DNA from: a virus
Lineage: Duplodnaviria > Heunggongvirae > Uroviricota > Caudoviricetes
Length of the DNA stretch: 64,000 bases
Virus record (IMG/VR): IMGVR_UViG_3300043429_000511
Location: 1 to 64,000 of that record
Strand: one strand, 5' to 3'
Under the pieces are notes generated by a model. It searched no databases. It was not told the origin of the DNA and was given only the letters and a program-made list of their open reading frames with translations. Shown here piece after piece: positions 46,552 through 56,180 of the stretch (the first letter of the stretch is position 1; the number at the start of each line of letters is the position of its first letter). A program made the translations under genes and the position numbers.

Positions 46552-47688
46552 TTAGTTACTTAGTGGTGCCTTTATTGGTGGATGTGATTGATAGTTTTCC
46601 AATATCACATCTTGCCCTCCAAATGAAAATATACCATCTCTAACGTGCACAGTTGGTAAATCAAATGGTTCTCTTTTTATTTGTTCTTTTGCTTGTTCTA
46701 TATGATTCTTATATAAATGTACATCACCTAAATTCCCTATCAATTCATCAGGTACCATATTCATTTCATCCGCAATCATTGTTAACAATAAACCATATGA
46801 TGCGATATTGAATGGTAATCCTAAGAATGTATCTACCGAACGTTGGTTCCACATTAATGAGATGGCTCTTTTAGGTATGTTATATACTTCCAGTTCTTCA
46901 CTCAATCCTCCACCGAATGGAACTATGTCATCTACCATCAATTGAAACTTATCGTCACCGACTTTCTTCTTTAATAAATCCCACCTCTCTTCACCGGTTA
47001 GCTCTCTTGTATAAACTTGAAATCCATAATGACAAGGTGGTAAAACCATTTGACCTAATTCACTTACATTCCAAGCACTAACCATCAATCTTCTACTATC
47101 TGGATTTGTTTTAAGTTGTAATATTAGATTTGAGATTTGGTCAATTGATGTAGATATTTCAGGATAATGTGTGTTACCATCATACCATTCATTCTCTTGG
47201 TATTTCCAACTTCTCCATTGCTTACCATAGATTGGCCCTAACTCACCCCACTTCTTAGCAAACTCATCGTCGGTTTTAATTTTGTTAATGAACTCTGACT
47301 GTGTTAATGGTGTTAATTTATCTGAATCACTAAACCAAACTTCCATATGTGGTTGCATCCCCATTATATCACCACACTTATATCCATCAATAACATCATT
47401 AATTTTTTTAGTGTAGTTCTTATATGCGTCACCATCCCAAATATGACAATTATTATCTACAAGATATTTGATGTTAGTACTTCCACTTAAGAACCAAATC
47501 AATTCGGTTACCATAGTTTTCCAAGCCATCTTTTTAGTGGTGAGTAATGGAAACCCTTGTGACATCCTATGTCTTATTTGACGACCGAATACTGATATAG
47601 TACCAGTGCCTGTTCTATCGGTTTTAACAACACCATTATCTAAAATGTCTTGTAATAATTCTTGATACTTACTATCTAGTGTGTTCAT
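46552..47688 (-). CDS. thymidylate synthase family enzyme (ThyA-like; possibly dUMP/dCMP hydroxymethylase) with ~80-aa internal insertion
   Basis: KTDRTGTGTISVFG, FPLLTTKK, LPPCHYGFQ, C-terminal GDVHLYKNH...HPPIKAPL; 378 aa vs ~265-315 typical. Confidence 0.7.
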   Translation of the reverse strand: MNTLDSKYQELLQDILDNGVVKTDRTGTGTISVFGRQIRHRMSQGFPLLTTKKMAWKTMVTELIWFLSGSTNIKYLVDNNCHIWDGDAYKNYTKKINDVIDGYKCGDIMGMQPHMEVWFSDSDKLTPLTQSEFINKIKTDDEFAKKWGELGPIYGKQWRSWKYQENEWYDGNTHYPEISTSIDQISNLILQLKTNPDSRRLMVSAWNVSELGQMVLPPCHYGFQVYTRELTGEERWDLLKKKVGDDKFQLMVDDIVPFGGGLSEELEVYNIPKRAISLMWNQRSVDTFLGLPFNIASYGLLLTMIADEMNMVPDELIGNLGDVHLYKNHIEQAKEQIKREPFDLPTVHVRDGIFSFGGQDVILENYQSHPPIKAPLSN

Positions 47689-48043
47689 AAATGTTTAATC
47701 TTTTTTCATTTTCAATTTTATCCTGATTGGTGTATCTTTCTTTGTACGATATAATTCTATGAAATTCTTTATATGCGGACGGGTGAGTTTCTTTTATTCT
47801 ATCTAAACCATATTCATATTCAAAAAGTACATCTTCATATCTCCGTTCTTTTTTATCAAAACCATCCTCTAGTTGTTCTATTTGCCCCTGTAAATTAACT
47901 ATTTCACTTCGTAATGAATCTTCATTACAAGTAACATTAGGTTGAGGAGTTGTTTCGTTTGGTTTATTTAATGCAACCATTAATAATACCAATATTATTA
48001 CAGTACCAATAAAAAGTCTTATAGTTATGTTGTCACTTTTCAT
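47672..48043 (-). CDS. membrane-anchored coiled-coil protein
   Basis: N-terminal TM; EQLEDGFDKKERRYE. Confidence 0.4.
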   Translation of the reverse strand: MKSDNITIRLFIGTVIILVLLMVALNKPNETTPQPNVTCNEDSLRSEIVNLQGQIEQLEDGFDKKERRYEDVLFEYEYGLDRIKETHPSAYKEFHRIISYKERYTNQDKIENEKRLNIYEHTR

Positions 48044-48684
48044 ATCAATTTATCTTTTAATAATTCAAAAAATATATTAGTTAAAGTTTTATGTGCATTC
48101 TCACCATAATGATTATCGGTGAGAATATTACCACTCTCCATTTTTATTGTTTCAAGTTTTAACAACTTGTGTACATTTAAATCAGTATTGTCATCAAACG
48201 GTGTCCAATGAATTATTTTATTTTTCTTCATTGTGTGATTAATAAAATGAATCCAATTGTTAACTTCTTTATAATAAATTAGATTATCCCTATTAACAAA
48301 TATCTCATCAATCGTATTTCTTGACATATCGGTGTGGTGAGTGATGTGATAATCTGTAACGGTTCCTGGTACAAATTTCACCCAATCGCCGTCTTTAGCG
48401 GCAAGTCTAAATCTAATCACACTCGACCAACCAATAATAACAATATCATTTTCTTTAATCCTATGTACGTTATTACACAAGGTCTCAAAAATGGAATAAT
48501 TATCATATCCACCAACCCCTAAGTTCTCACATTCAATCCCCAATTGTTCACCTAAAAAATCACAATAGACTTTTGGTAAATAACCTTTGTAATCGATATA
48601 ACTTTTACCCCAATCAACTTTTGGGTCATATCTTTGAGTGTAGCTATCACCAAAACACCAAAGTTTATTTTTTGTAGTATGCAT
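48040..48684 (-). CDS. SGNH/GDSL hydrolase paralog
   Basis: LWCFGDSYT; GVGGYDN; IVIIGWS; DNHYGENAH. Confidence 0.65.
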   Translation of the reverse strand: MHTTKNKLWCFGDSYTQRYDPKVDWGKSYIDYKGYLPKVYCDFLGEQLGIECENLGVGGYDNYSIFETLCNNVHRIKENDIVIIGWSSVIRFRLAAKDGDWVKFVPGTVTDYHITHHTDMSRNTIDEIFVNRDNLIYYKEVNNWIHFINHTMKKNKIIHWTPFDDNTDLNVHKLLKLETIKMESGNILTDNHYGENAHKTLTNIFFELLKDKLI

Positions 48685-48868
48685 TTTTTTGTATTTGTAC
48701 TCCCATAAAAAATGTTAACCATCTAAATGATAGACCATACGCTGGTGTAGATATGCCGGTCTCAAAAAAGGTTTCTTTATTATAAAAGAAAACAATTGTT
48801 GGTATTATAAACCAATGATGTTTCTTTTTGTAAATGAAAAAATCAGTTAAATATCTTGGCTCTTTCAT
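48665..48868 (-). CDS. small hydrophobic protein
   Basis: 67-aa ORF. Confidence 0.3.
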   Translation of the reverse strand: MKEPRYLTDFFIYKKKHHWFIIPTIVFFYNKETFFETGISTPAYGLSFRWLTFFMGVQIQKNAYYKK

Positions 48869-49356
48869 TATATGACTGTTTTTTCTCGTTTTTGTTTAAT
48901 GTATTTATTTTTTACGTGGATATAGGAATCAAACAATTTTATATCCATCTCAATATTCAAATATTCACACAACTCATAAAAAGATTGTGATGGTTCATCT
49001 TTAAAAATGTCCTCATAATAATAAATTTTATTGTCCCTAACCACTAAATCAAATATTATGTTCCACTCACCAAATTGAGTTTCAATTGTTGGCTTTCTTC
49101 TTATATAAATTACTTTATCAAATTGTTTAACAATCCTAATTGAATGTTCTAATAATGTTTCCCCATCTTTAAATAAAAGTGGGTCGGGTTCTTTCGAGAA
49201 GACAGTTTTAACAATACAATCATTTCCCCACTCAACTTCAGTTGTTCTTTTGAACGGCTCGTATTTTGTTATGTAATGTTTGGGATATGAATCCACAATA
49301 AAATTGTACAAAGAACTAGTTCCCGAATTTGGTATTCCGAATATTAAAATTTTCAT
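48868..49356 (-). CDS. hypothetical protein (Gly-rich loop GIPNSGTSS; possible sulfotransferase/P-loop-like)
   Basis: N-terminal loop only. Confidence 0.4.
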   Translation of the reverse strand: MKILIFGIPNSGTSSLYNFIVDSYPKHYITKYEPFKRTTEVEWGNDCIVKTVFSKEPDPLLFKDGETLLEHSIRIVKQFDKVIYIRRKPTIETQFGEWNIIFDLVVRDNKIYYYEDIFKDEPSQSFYELCEYLNIEMDIKLFDSYIHVKNKYIKQKREKTVI

Positions 49357-49357
49357 T

Positions 49358-49669
49358 TTAAATTTTAGTTCTTTTCTCGTTTTTAAAAATCGGTGTCAAT
49401 TTTTCTTTTGTTTTTTCATAATGTACCATTGCAAACCATTTACCTATGATACTCCCAATGATGTAAAATACTACCCCAAGATAATCCCCTTTAAATAAAC
49501 TATCTAATGAATAATATGTTGCACCTAACGATACTAAACTTGTCCAAACACTATTAAGTAATAAGCTTCTAATCTTGTTTTCATATGTGTACTTAATCTC
49601 CATAACTTTGAAGATGTTGAACATAATTTGAAAGAATAAGATTAGAAGATAGTTTTTAATCATCATCAC
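49358..49669 (-). CDS. membrane protein
   Basis: hydrophobic segments. Confidence 0.4.
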   Translation of the reverse strand: MMMIKNYLLILFFQIMFNIFKVMEIKYTYENKIRSLLLNSVWTSLVSLGATYYSLDSLFKGDYLGVVFYIIGSIIGKWFAMVHYEKTKEKLTPIFKNEKRTKI

Positions 49670-49949
49670 CGTAATTTCCTGTTGTTCTTCTTAAAAGTCT
49701 ATCCACTTCGTCTTCTTTCTCTCTCATTTCAATCATACGAATATAGTAAGTGTCAGGACTATTGGTTTCGGTTTTCATATTCTTATCAAACCATTTACTA
49801 AACCATTTACCTTTATATGCAAGGACTTGACATCTGTCAGAAAATTCGTTTGCATCATCTTGGTCTAATAAACCCTCATCAACAAGTTTTCCAAGTACAA
49901 TGTCTTTTACCTTGTTGTAATTTTCCATTTCTGCGGTTAAATCAATCAT
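49656..49949 (-). CDS. hypothetical protein
   Basis: 97-aa ORF. Confidence 0.4.
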   Translation of the reverse strand: MIDLTAEMENYNKVKDIVLGKLVDEGLLDQDDANEFSDRCQVLAYKGKWFSKWFDKNMKTETNSPDTYYIRMIEMREKEDEVDRLLRRTTGNYGDDD

Positions 49950-50160
49950 TGTTTATGTTTTTAGTTTCTTCTTTTAATTTATTTAAACATTTATAAAGGG
50001 TATGGGACTCTGCCAAGGTATATGCACCTTGACTCTGTAAAGTCTCAATTGAGAGTTCTATAATCTTCAGAGCCGTCTCCTTATCTAACTTATCAACCAA
50101 ATAGGTATCCAATTCTTGGGGGGTCCTATATTCTAAAAAATTATTAAAAATACTTGCCAT
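49942..50160 (-). CDS. hypothetical protein
   Basis: 72-aa ORF. Confidence 0.35.
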   Translation of the reverse strand: MASIFNNFLEYRTPQELDTYLVDKLDKETALKIIELSIETLQSQGAYTLAESHTLYKCLNKLKEETKNINND

Positions 50161-50207
50161 AATTTAATATTACGAATTTATTTTGAGAAAACCAAATAAT
50201 TATAGGT

Positions 50208-50567
50208 ATGTCAGTCTTAATTAACAACCAAACCTTCCCCGCGGAGTACCTATCCCAACCAGATGAACTACAAAGAGGTATGATGGGTAGAGAGTCTCTA
50301 AACGGGTGTATGGTCTTTAAAATGGGTATGGGGACACATTCATTTTGGATGAAGAAGTGTCTAATACCACTTGATATTGTTTTCGTTAATAAAGACAGAA
50401 TAAGTAACATACATCGTGATTGTCAACCTTGTGAGGACGATTGTGATAAAAGATACAGAGGTATCGGTGACCACGTAATCGAATTTCCTTCAGGAGCCGC
50501 AGCTAACTTTAAAATTGGTGATAAAGTTAAAATGTATCTTGGGACTCCACAGAATCCTGTTCGATAA
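50208..50567 (+). CDS. DUF192-family protein
   Basis: GMMGRESLNGCMVF...HSFWMKKCLIPLDIVFV matches DUF192 (COG1430) signature FWMKNT.IPLDI.F. Confidence 0.55.
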   Translation: MSVLINNQTFPAEYLSQPDELQRGMMGRESLNGCMVFKMGMGTHSFWMKKCLIPLDIVFVNKDRISNIHRDCQPCEDDCDKRYRGIGDHVIEFPSGAAANFKIGDKVKMYLGTPQNPVR

Positions 50568-51228
50568 AACTATCAACCGCATTTATAAAATCGTACTTAA
50601 CTTTTGGTTTTACTTTTTCAAATACCCAAAAGTAACTATGGTATTTTCTAGCGTGTTCTTGTTTAGTCCATTTAGTACCAAAACTATTGATTCTCACATT
50701 AGAAGTTAGTACAAACATATCTCTTGGATAAAATCCAATCTGTAAAGCCATATTCATAATCAAACAGTGTGTGAAGTGATTCTTACCTCCCGATACTGTG
50801 TCCTGACATTTCATTACCACATATCCACCTTTATCACAGATTCTATATAGTTCCTTAAGTGTGTTGAAGTAATTGACTTTCAAGTCGTTATATGTAGTGT
50901 ACCCCTCAAATCTTTTAGCAATAATCGAACTACCTTCTTTATTTGATTTGTAAGATGAACCAGCAACCACAAACGGTGGGTCGTACATAATACTCTTCAT
51001 TGAATTGTCTTCGAAGGGAAGATTTTCAGAATTTGCCTCTACAACTGATTCATTTACAGGAAATAAATCACTTTTGTAAACTGGTCCTGGTAGGTCTTTC
51101 CAAAAATTACCTTTAGAATAGGTACAATCCAAATCGAATCTTTCGATTTTATACAAATCCATTATGTTTCTAATTGCTTCAAAGTTAGATGTGTAAACAC
51201 TTTTGACCGGTTGAAAGTCTTTTTCCAT
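50527..51228 (-). CDS. DNA amino-methyltransferase (N6-adenine or N4-cytosine), beta-class
   Basis: IMYDPPF (motif IV DPPF) in N-terminal half. Confidence 0.55.
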   Translation of the reverse strand: MEKDFQPVKSVYTSNFEAIRNIMDLYKIERFDLDCTYSKGNFWKDLPGPVYKSDLFPVNESVVEANSENLPFEDNSMKSIMYDPPFVVAGSSYKSNKEGSSIIAKRFEGYTTYNDLKVNYFNTLKELYRICDKGGYVVMKCQDTVSGGKNHFTHCLIMNMALQIGFYPRDMFVLTSNVRINSFGTKWTKQEHARKYHSYFWVFEKVKPKVKYDFINAVDSFIEQDSVESQDTF

Positions 51229-51229
51229 T

Positions 51230-51921
51230 TTAAATTAAGTTTTTAAGTTGTGGGTATATGAAATTATCGAATATTATTTTTTGTGATTCATTTCCAAAAT
51301 GTGAGTCGTTAGGTATTGATGGTACATTGTTGTTTTTTGTGAAGTCATCGACTGTACCATAAAGTATAGGTATTTTTTTTATCAATTCCAAATATCCTGA
51401 TTTTTTAGCCAATTCGTGAATGTCAGTGTACCAACTAAAAAATACCACTTTCTTACCATATGACTCACAAATATGGTACACTAGAAGTATTGTATGTAGA
51501 ATTTTATATTCAAGATTATACGTTGAAATCGTTGATTGTTGATAAATGAAATCTAAAACTTTTTCAGAATCGTACCAATTACTAAATTCAGTTTCAAACG
51601 CCTTTTCATTTCTCATTGTAGTGAAATTAAAATACTTAACTCCATTAACATTTGTTGGGGAGTGAAGTCCTCTCTCATCTGATTTAATATGTGACACACC
51701 CATCATAATTCTCGCCGGGTGAGTTAATTGAAAAACAAATAAATCTAAATCAGGATTGTTGTCAATAATAAATTTAACCTTCTCAATATTAAATTCATTG
51801 GACCCTCCTCTTGATGAAGAATCAATAATTTCCGCATTTAAGGTCTCACCCATATGATACCACCAAGGTTGACCTCCGTAATTTTTCGAACTATGTGAAC
51901 ACCCTGTCACACCTATTTTCA
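51230..51921 (-). CDS. SGNH-like hydrolase (divergent)
   Basis: internal start MKIGVTGCSHS; SRGGSNE; DSHFGNE. Confidence 0.5.
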
Positions 51922-52018
51922 TATTCACTTGATTTTTAAATAAATCTTTGTTAGATTTTATTAAAATATAGTGAATAAAAAACAATAAACCAAAATATTT
52001 ATATAAAAAGAAAACAAT

Positions 52019-52207
52019 ATGGGATGCGGATGTAAAAAAAGAAACGTTCAACCACAAAACACACCTCTACCGGTTGAAGTACAAATAAATTTTTCGGAAG
52101 AAACTACATCTACCGAATTAGGTCCTGTAACTGAAGAACAGAGTACTCTTATCAATGAAATTGCTAACAAGTTAAGAGAGATTAATTCGTCAGAGGAACC
52201 TCAATAA
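52019..52207 (+). CDS. small hypothetical protein
   Basis: 62 aa, first ORF of plus-strand island. Confidence 0.35.
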   Translation: MGCGCKKRNVQPQNTPLPVEVQINFSEETTSTELGPVTEEQSTLINEIANKLREINSSEEPQ

Positions 52208-52275
52208 AGTTAACAATATCGGACTTCTGTCCGATATTTTTTATCTATATAATATATAAAAATTTATATACAAAT

Positions 52276-52473
52276 ATGAAAGCTGAAGTTAAATTAACCA
52301 GTGTGAACATTTTAGATGATGTTTATAAAAAATTCAAAATTAAATCAATTGACGGCTCAATTAACCTACAAAAACTAGTGAATAGGTCTTTAGATTTATA
52401 TACAAAAAGCGAAGATTTCAAAGACAAGATTGACAATCATAATGGATTAGCATCCAGTGGTTCAAAGTTTTAA
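52276..52473 (+). CDS. small hypothetical protein
   Basis: 65-aa ORF. Confidence 0.35.
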   Translation: MKAEVKLTSVNILDDVYKKFKIKSIDGSINLQKLVNRSLDLYTKSEDFKDKIDNHNGLASSGSKF

Positions 52474-52476
52474 TTA

Positions 52477-53832
52477 ATGAAGAAAAAGATATTATTGTTA
52501 TCTGATGATTTGAGAATGACATCAGGTATATCTACTATGTCGAAAGAACTTGTATTGGGTACCATTCACAAGTACGATTGGGTACAATTGGGTGCTGCAA
52601 TTCAACACCCTGAATTTGGTAAAGTAGTAGATATAAATCAAGATGTGAGAGACAGAACCGGTATTGAAGATGCTAACCTTAAAATATATCCTAACCACGG
52701 TTATGGTGATATTAATATTCTAAGAACATTATTAGCGGTTGAGAAACCAGATGCTATCTTACACTTTACAGACCCACATTATTGGCAATGGTTGTACGAT
52801 AATGAACACGAAATAAGACAACAAGTTCCAATATTATATTACCATATTTGGGACGATTTACCTGACCCAAAATATAATAGAGATTACTACGAGAGTTGTG
52901 ATTGGATTGGTTGTATATCTAAACAGACTTATGGTATTGTTCATCGAGTTGGTAAAATGATTGATGAAGTTACACATAAACCATTGGAAGATTGGCAAAT
53001 TAGTTACGTACCTCACGGAATCAATCCAAAGGTATTCAAACCTTTAGATAATGTTAGTGACGACATCAAGAAACTAATTTTTGGTGATAAGGAATATGAT
53101 TTTGTGTTATTCTATAACAACAGAAATATTAGAAGAAAACAACCATCTGATGTGATTTATTCATATAAATTATTCTGTGATAAATTACCAAAAGAACATT
53201 CAGATAAATGTTTATTATTAATGCACACTGCAGCTGTGGATGAGAACGGAACTGACTTACCTGCGGTAATTGAAGCGTTATGTCCTTATGATGTTAAGTT
53301 TACAGGGTTGAAATTAGAACAAGATAAATTAAACGAGATTTATAATCTTGTTGATTGTACAATCAACATCGCAAATAACGAAGGGTTTGGTTTAACAACT
53401 GCAGAATCATTAATGGCGGGTACACCAATCATTGTAAATGTAACTGGTGGTTTACAAGACCAATGTGGATTTAATTATAGTGCCGATAACTACATAACAT
53501 TTGGTACTCTACACGATAGAAAGACACACGGTTCAACATTACACGGTGAATGGGCTTTCCCAATTTGGCCATCGGCAATTAATTTAAACGGTTCAGTACC
53601 TACACCATATATTTTTGATGATAGGGTTAATGATGATGAAGTTGCAAATACTATTTCAACAGTTTATGCTCAGGGTCGACCAGAAAGAAAGAGAAGAGGT
53701 TTGTTGGGTAGAGAATTTATGATTAAGAATTTATCTTCTGACATTATGAATAACTCATTGATTGAAGGTATTGAAAGAGTTTTTGAAAACTATAAACCAA
53801 GAAAAAGATTTGACTTATATAAGATAATATAA
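52477..53832 (+). CDS. glycosyltransferase family 4 (GT-B)
   Basis: EGFGLTTAESLMAGTPIIV (E-x7-E motif). Confidence 0.8.
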   Translation: MKKKILLLSDDLRMTSGISTMSKELVLGTIHKYDWVQLGAAIQHPEFGKVVDINQDVRDRTGIEDANLKIYPNHGYGDINILRTLLAVEKPDAILHFTDPHYWQWLYDNEHEIRQQVPILYYHIWDDLPDPKYNRDYYESCDWIGCISKQTYGIVHRVGKMIDEVTHKPLEDWQISYVPHGINPKVFKPLDNVSDDIKKLIFGDKEYDFVLFYNNRNIRRKQPSDVIYSYKLFCDKLPKEHSDKCLLLMHTAAVDENGTDLPAVIEALCPYDVKFTGLKLEQDKLNEIYNLVDCTINIANNEGFGLTTAESLMAGTPIIVNVTGGLQDQCGFNYSADNYITFGTLHDRKTHGSTLHGEWAFPIWPSAINLNGSVPTPYIFDDRVNDDEVANTISTVYAQGRPERKRRGLLGREFMIKNLSSDIMNNSLIEGIERVFENYKPRKRFDLYKII

Positions 53833-53833
53833 T

Positions 53834-55081
53834 ATGAAACCATTTTTATTATTTAGGGGACCGGTAAAAACAAGAAGTGGGTATGGTGCACATTCAAGAG
53901 ATTTGTTACAAGCACTATACGAAATGGATTTGTTTGAGATAAAGATAGATAGTTGTATGTGGGGGTCAACTCCGATGACCGCATTGGAAAAAGATAATCA
54001 GTTTCATAGATGGATTGAATCTAATATAATTAATCCGATGAATATCACATCAGATATATACGTTCAGGTAACAGTACCTAATGAATTTACCAGAAGAGGT
54101 AAATTTAACATTGGAATCACTGCGGGAATTGAAACAACCGTTGCACCTAAAGAATGGGTTGATGGTTGTAATAGGATGGATTTAATTATTACAACATCAA
54201 AGTTTTCAAAAGAAGTGTTGTTATCAACTGTCTATAATGAAAATGAAAACAACACAGGGAAACTAATTAAACAACATAAAATACAAAAACCAATCGAAGT
54301 TCTATTTGAGGGTGTCGATATTTCTACATTCAATAATGAGTACAAAGGTATTGATTTGGACATTAAAGAAGATTTTGCTTACTTGTTTGTTGGTCATTGG
54401 TTAAAAGGTTCTCTCGGACAAGATAGAAAAGATGTGGGAATGATGATTAAATGTTTTATGGAATCATTCAAAGATGTTGAGGATAAACCCGCACTAATAC
54501 TTAAAACATCATCAGCAACTTTTTCAATAAAAGAACGTGAGAACGTAAGAAGAAAGATTGAAGAATTAACAAAGGGGTACGATAATCCGCCGTCGGTGTA
54601 CCTTTTATTTGGTGAATTGACTAATCAAGAAATGAATGAATTGTATAATCATCCTAAGATTAAATCAATGGTATCAATCACCAAGGGTGAAGGTTTCGGT
54701 AGACCTCTATTAGAATTTTCAATGACGGGAAAACCAATCGTTGCATCTAATTGGTCGGGACATAAAGATTTCTTACCTATGGATAAAGCAATTATGATTG
54801 GTGGTTCATTGACTGATGTGCACGAAAGTGCCGCTGATAGTTTTATTTTGAAGGGTTCTAAATGGTTTACCGCAAATTATAATGAATTTGCGGAAGTGTT
54901 AAGATTAGTTAAAAATGATTATGAGAAATTCAAAGAAAAATCTGAAATACTGAGAGAAGAAAATAAAGAAAAGTTTTCAATGGAAAAAATGAAAGAAGTG
55001 TTTATGGACTTAATTAAACCATACACCGTTCAACCTAAAGAACATAATTTGGTTTTACCAAAGTTGACAAAAATTAAGTAA
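53834..55081 (+). CDS. glycosyltransferase family 4 (GT-B)
   Basis: GEGFGRPLLEFSMTGKPIV. Confidence 0.75.
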   Translation: MKPFLLFRGPVKTRSGYGAHSRDLLQALYEMDLFEIKIDSCMWGSTPMTALEKDNQFHRWIESNIINPMNITSDIYVQVTVPNEFTRRGKFNIGITAGIETTVAPKEWVDGCNRMDLIITTSKFSKEVLLSTVYNENENNTGKLIKQHKIQKPIEVLFEGVDISTFNNEYKGIDLDIKEDFAYLFVGHWLKGSLGQDRKDVGMMIKCFMESFKDVEDKPALILKTSSATFSIKERENVRRKIEELTKGYDNPPSVYLLFGELTNQEMNELYNHPKIKSMVSITKGEGFGRPLLEFSMTGKPIVASNWSGHKDFLPMDKAIMIGGSLTDVHESAADSFILKGSKWFTANYNEFAEVLRLVKNDYEKFKEKSEILREENKEKFSMEKMKEVFMDLIKPYTVQPKEHNLVLPKLTKIK

Positions 55082-55344
55082 TGTCGTTTAAATTTTTAAG
55101 GGATAATAATAGTTTATTTTCTGATTTAGAACCGACACAAATTTTAACATTAAGTCGAGCGGCTTATTATCCTCAAAATGTTGAATTTTGTTTTCAGTTC
55201 GGGGACAACGAACCTACGGTATTTGCAACAGGTCCTAATGAATGTACCATTCGTTTATCACCGAGCCCTGATGGTAATGTCACATTTACAAGTAATGAAG
55301 GTTCAACATTTAAATTATTTGCAAGGGAGATAGGAAATGATTAG
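55081..55344 (+). CDS. FKFF-motif family protein
   Basis: N-terminus MSFKFLRDNN. Confidence 0.5.
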   Translation: MSFKFLRDNNSLFSDLEPTQILTLSRAAYYPQNVEFCFQFGDNEPTVFATGPNECTIRLSPSPDGNVTFTSNEGSTFKLFAREIGND

Positions 55345-55555
55345 TGAATTTAAATTTTTTAGAGGTATTTCTAAAAAGGCAAGAGTGTTACGTGTAGATT
55401 GGAGACCAGAAATATTAGAGACAGGTGTCAATTATACTGATATTGTATCAGAATTATCAAGAGCACTTTCTGAACAGATTTCTCGTGAAATCGATAACGA
55501 CATTGTGAATCAACTAACAAGAAGAATAAACGGAGGATATAATCAAAGAGCATAA
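55337..55555 (+). CDS. FKFF-motif family protein
   Basis: N-terminus MISEFKFFRGI. Confidence 0.5.
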   Translation: MISEFKFFRGISKKARVLRVDWRPEILETGVNYTDIVSELSRALSEQISREIDNDIVNQLTRRINGGYNQRA

Positions 55556-55558
55556 AAT

Positions 55559-56179
55559 ATGATATTAAGTTACGCAATTACAGTTTGTAATGAATTAGAT
55601 GAAATCAAAAGATTGTTACCTTTCTTGATTGAGAAAAAAGGAACTAATGATGAGGTGGTAATTCTTTTTGATGAGAAAAATGGTTCTCCAGAAGTACTTG
55701 AATATTTGTTAGAGTTTAATAAATTACCAAATGTACAGACTTGGAGAGGATTGGATTTTGAAAATAATTTTGCGGATTGGAAGAACAAATTATCTGACTA
55801 TTGTAAAGGTGATTACATATTCCAATTAGACGCCGATGAATTGGTTGGTGAAATGTTTATGTTAAACATTAAACCTATTCTTGAGACTAACCCTGAAGTT
55901 GATTTATATTATCTATCAAGAATAAACATTGTTGATGGTATAACTGATGAACATATAAGGAAGTGGGGTTGGAGTGTGAACCAAAATGGTTGGATAAACT
56001 TTCCTGATAAACAGGGTAGAATATTCAGAAAGAATTTAAAGTGGTTTGGTAATGTTCACGAAAGAATAATGGGTGCAGAAACAATTACCTCATTACCTGA
56101 TAGTGAAGATTTTTGTATAATCCACCACAAAAAAATCGAAAGACAAGAAAAACAAAATAACTTTTACTTAACATTATAA
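55559..56179 (+). CDS. glycosyltransferase-like (GT-A, tentative)
   Basis: LSYAITVCNELDE N-term, QLDADE (DxD-like). Confidence 0.45.
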   Translation: MILSYAITVCNELDEIKRLLPFLIEKKGTNDEVVILFDEKNGSPEVLEYLLEFNKLPNVQTWRGLDFENNFADWKNKLSDYCKGDYIFQLDADELVGEMFMLNIKPILETNPEVDLYYLSRINIVDGITDEHIRKWGWSVNQNGWINFPDKQGRIFRKNLKWFGNVHERIMGAETITSLPDSEDFCIIHHKKIERQEKQNNFYLTL

Positions 56180-56180
56180 A

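Noticed and set aside
50144-50410. Minus-strand 88-aa ORF
   Set aside because: It overlaps the plus-strand DUF192 gene, which has a recognisable family signature. The minus ORF has none.
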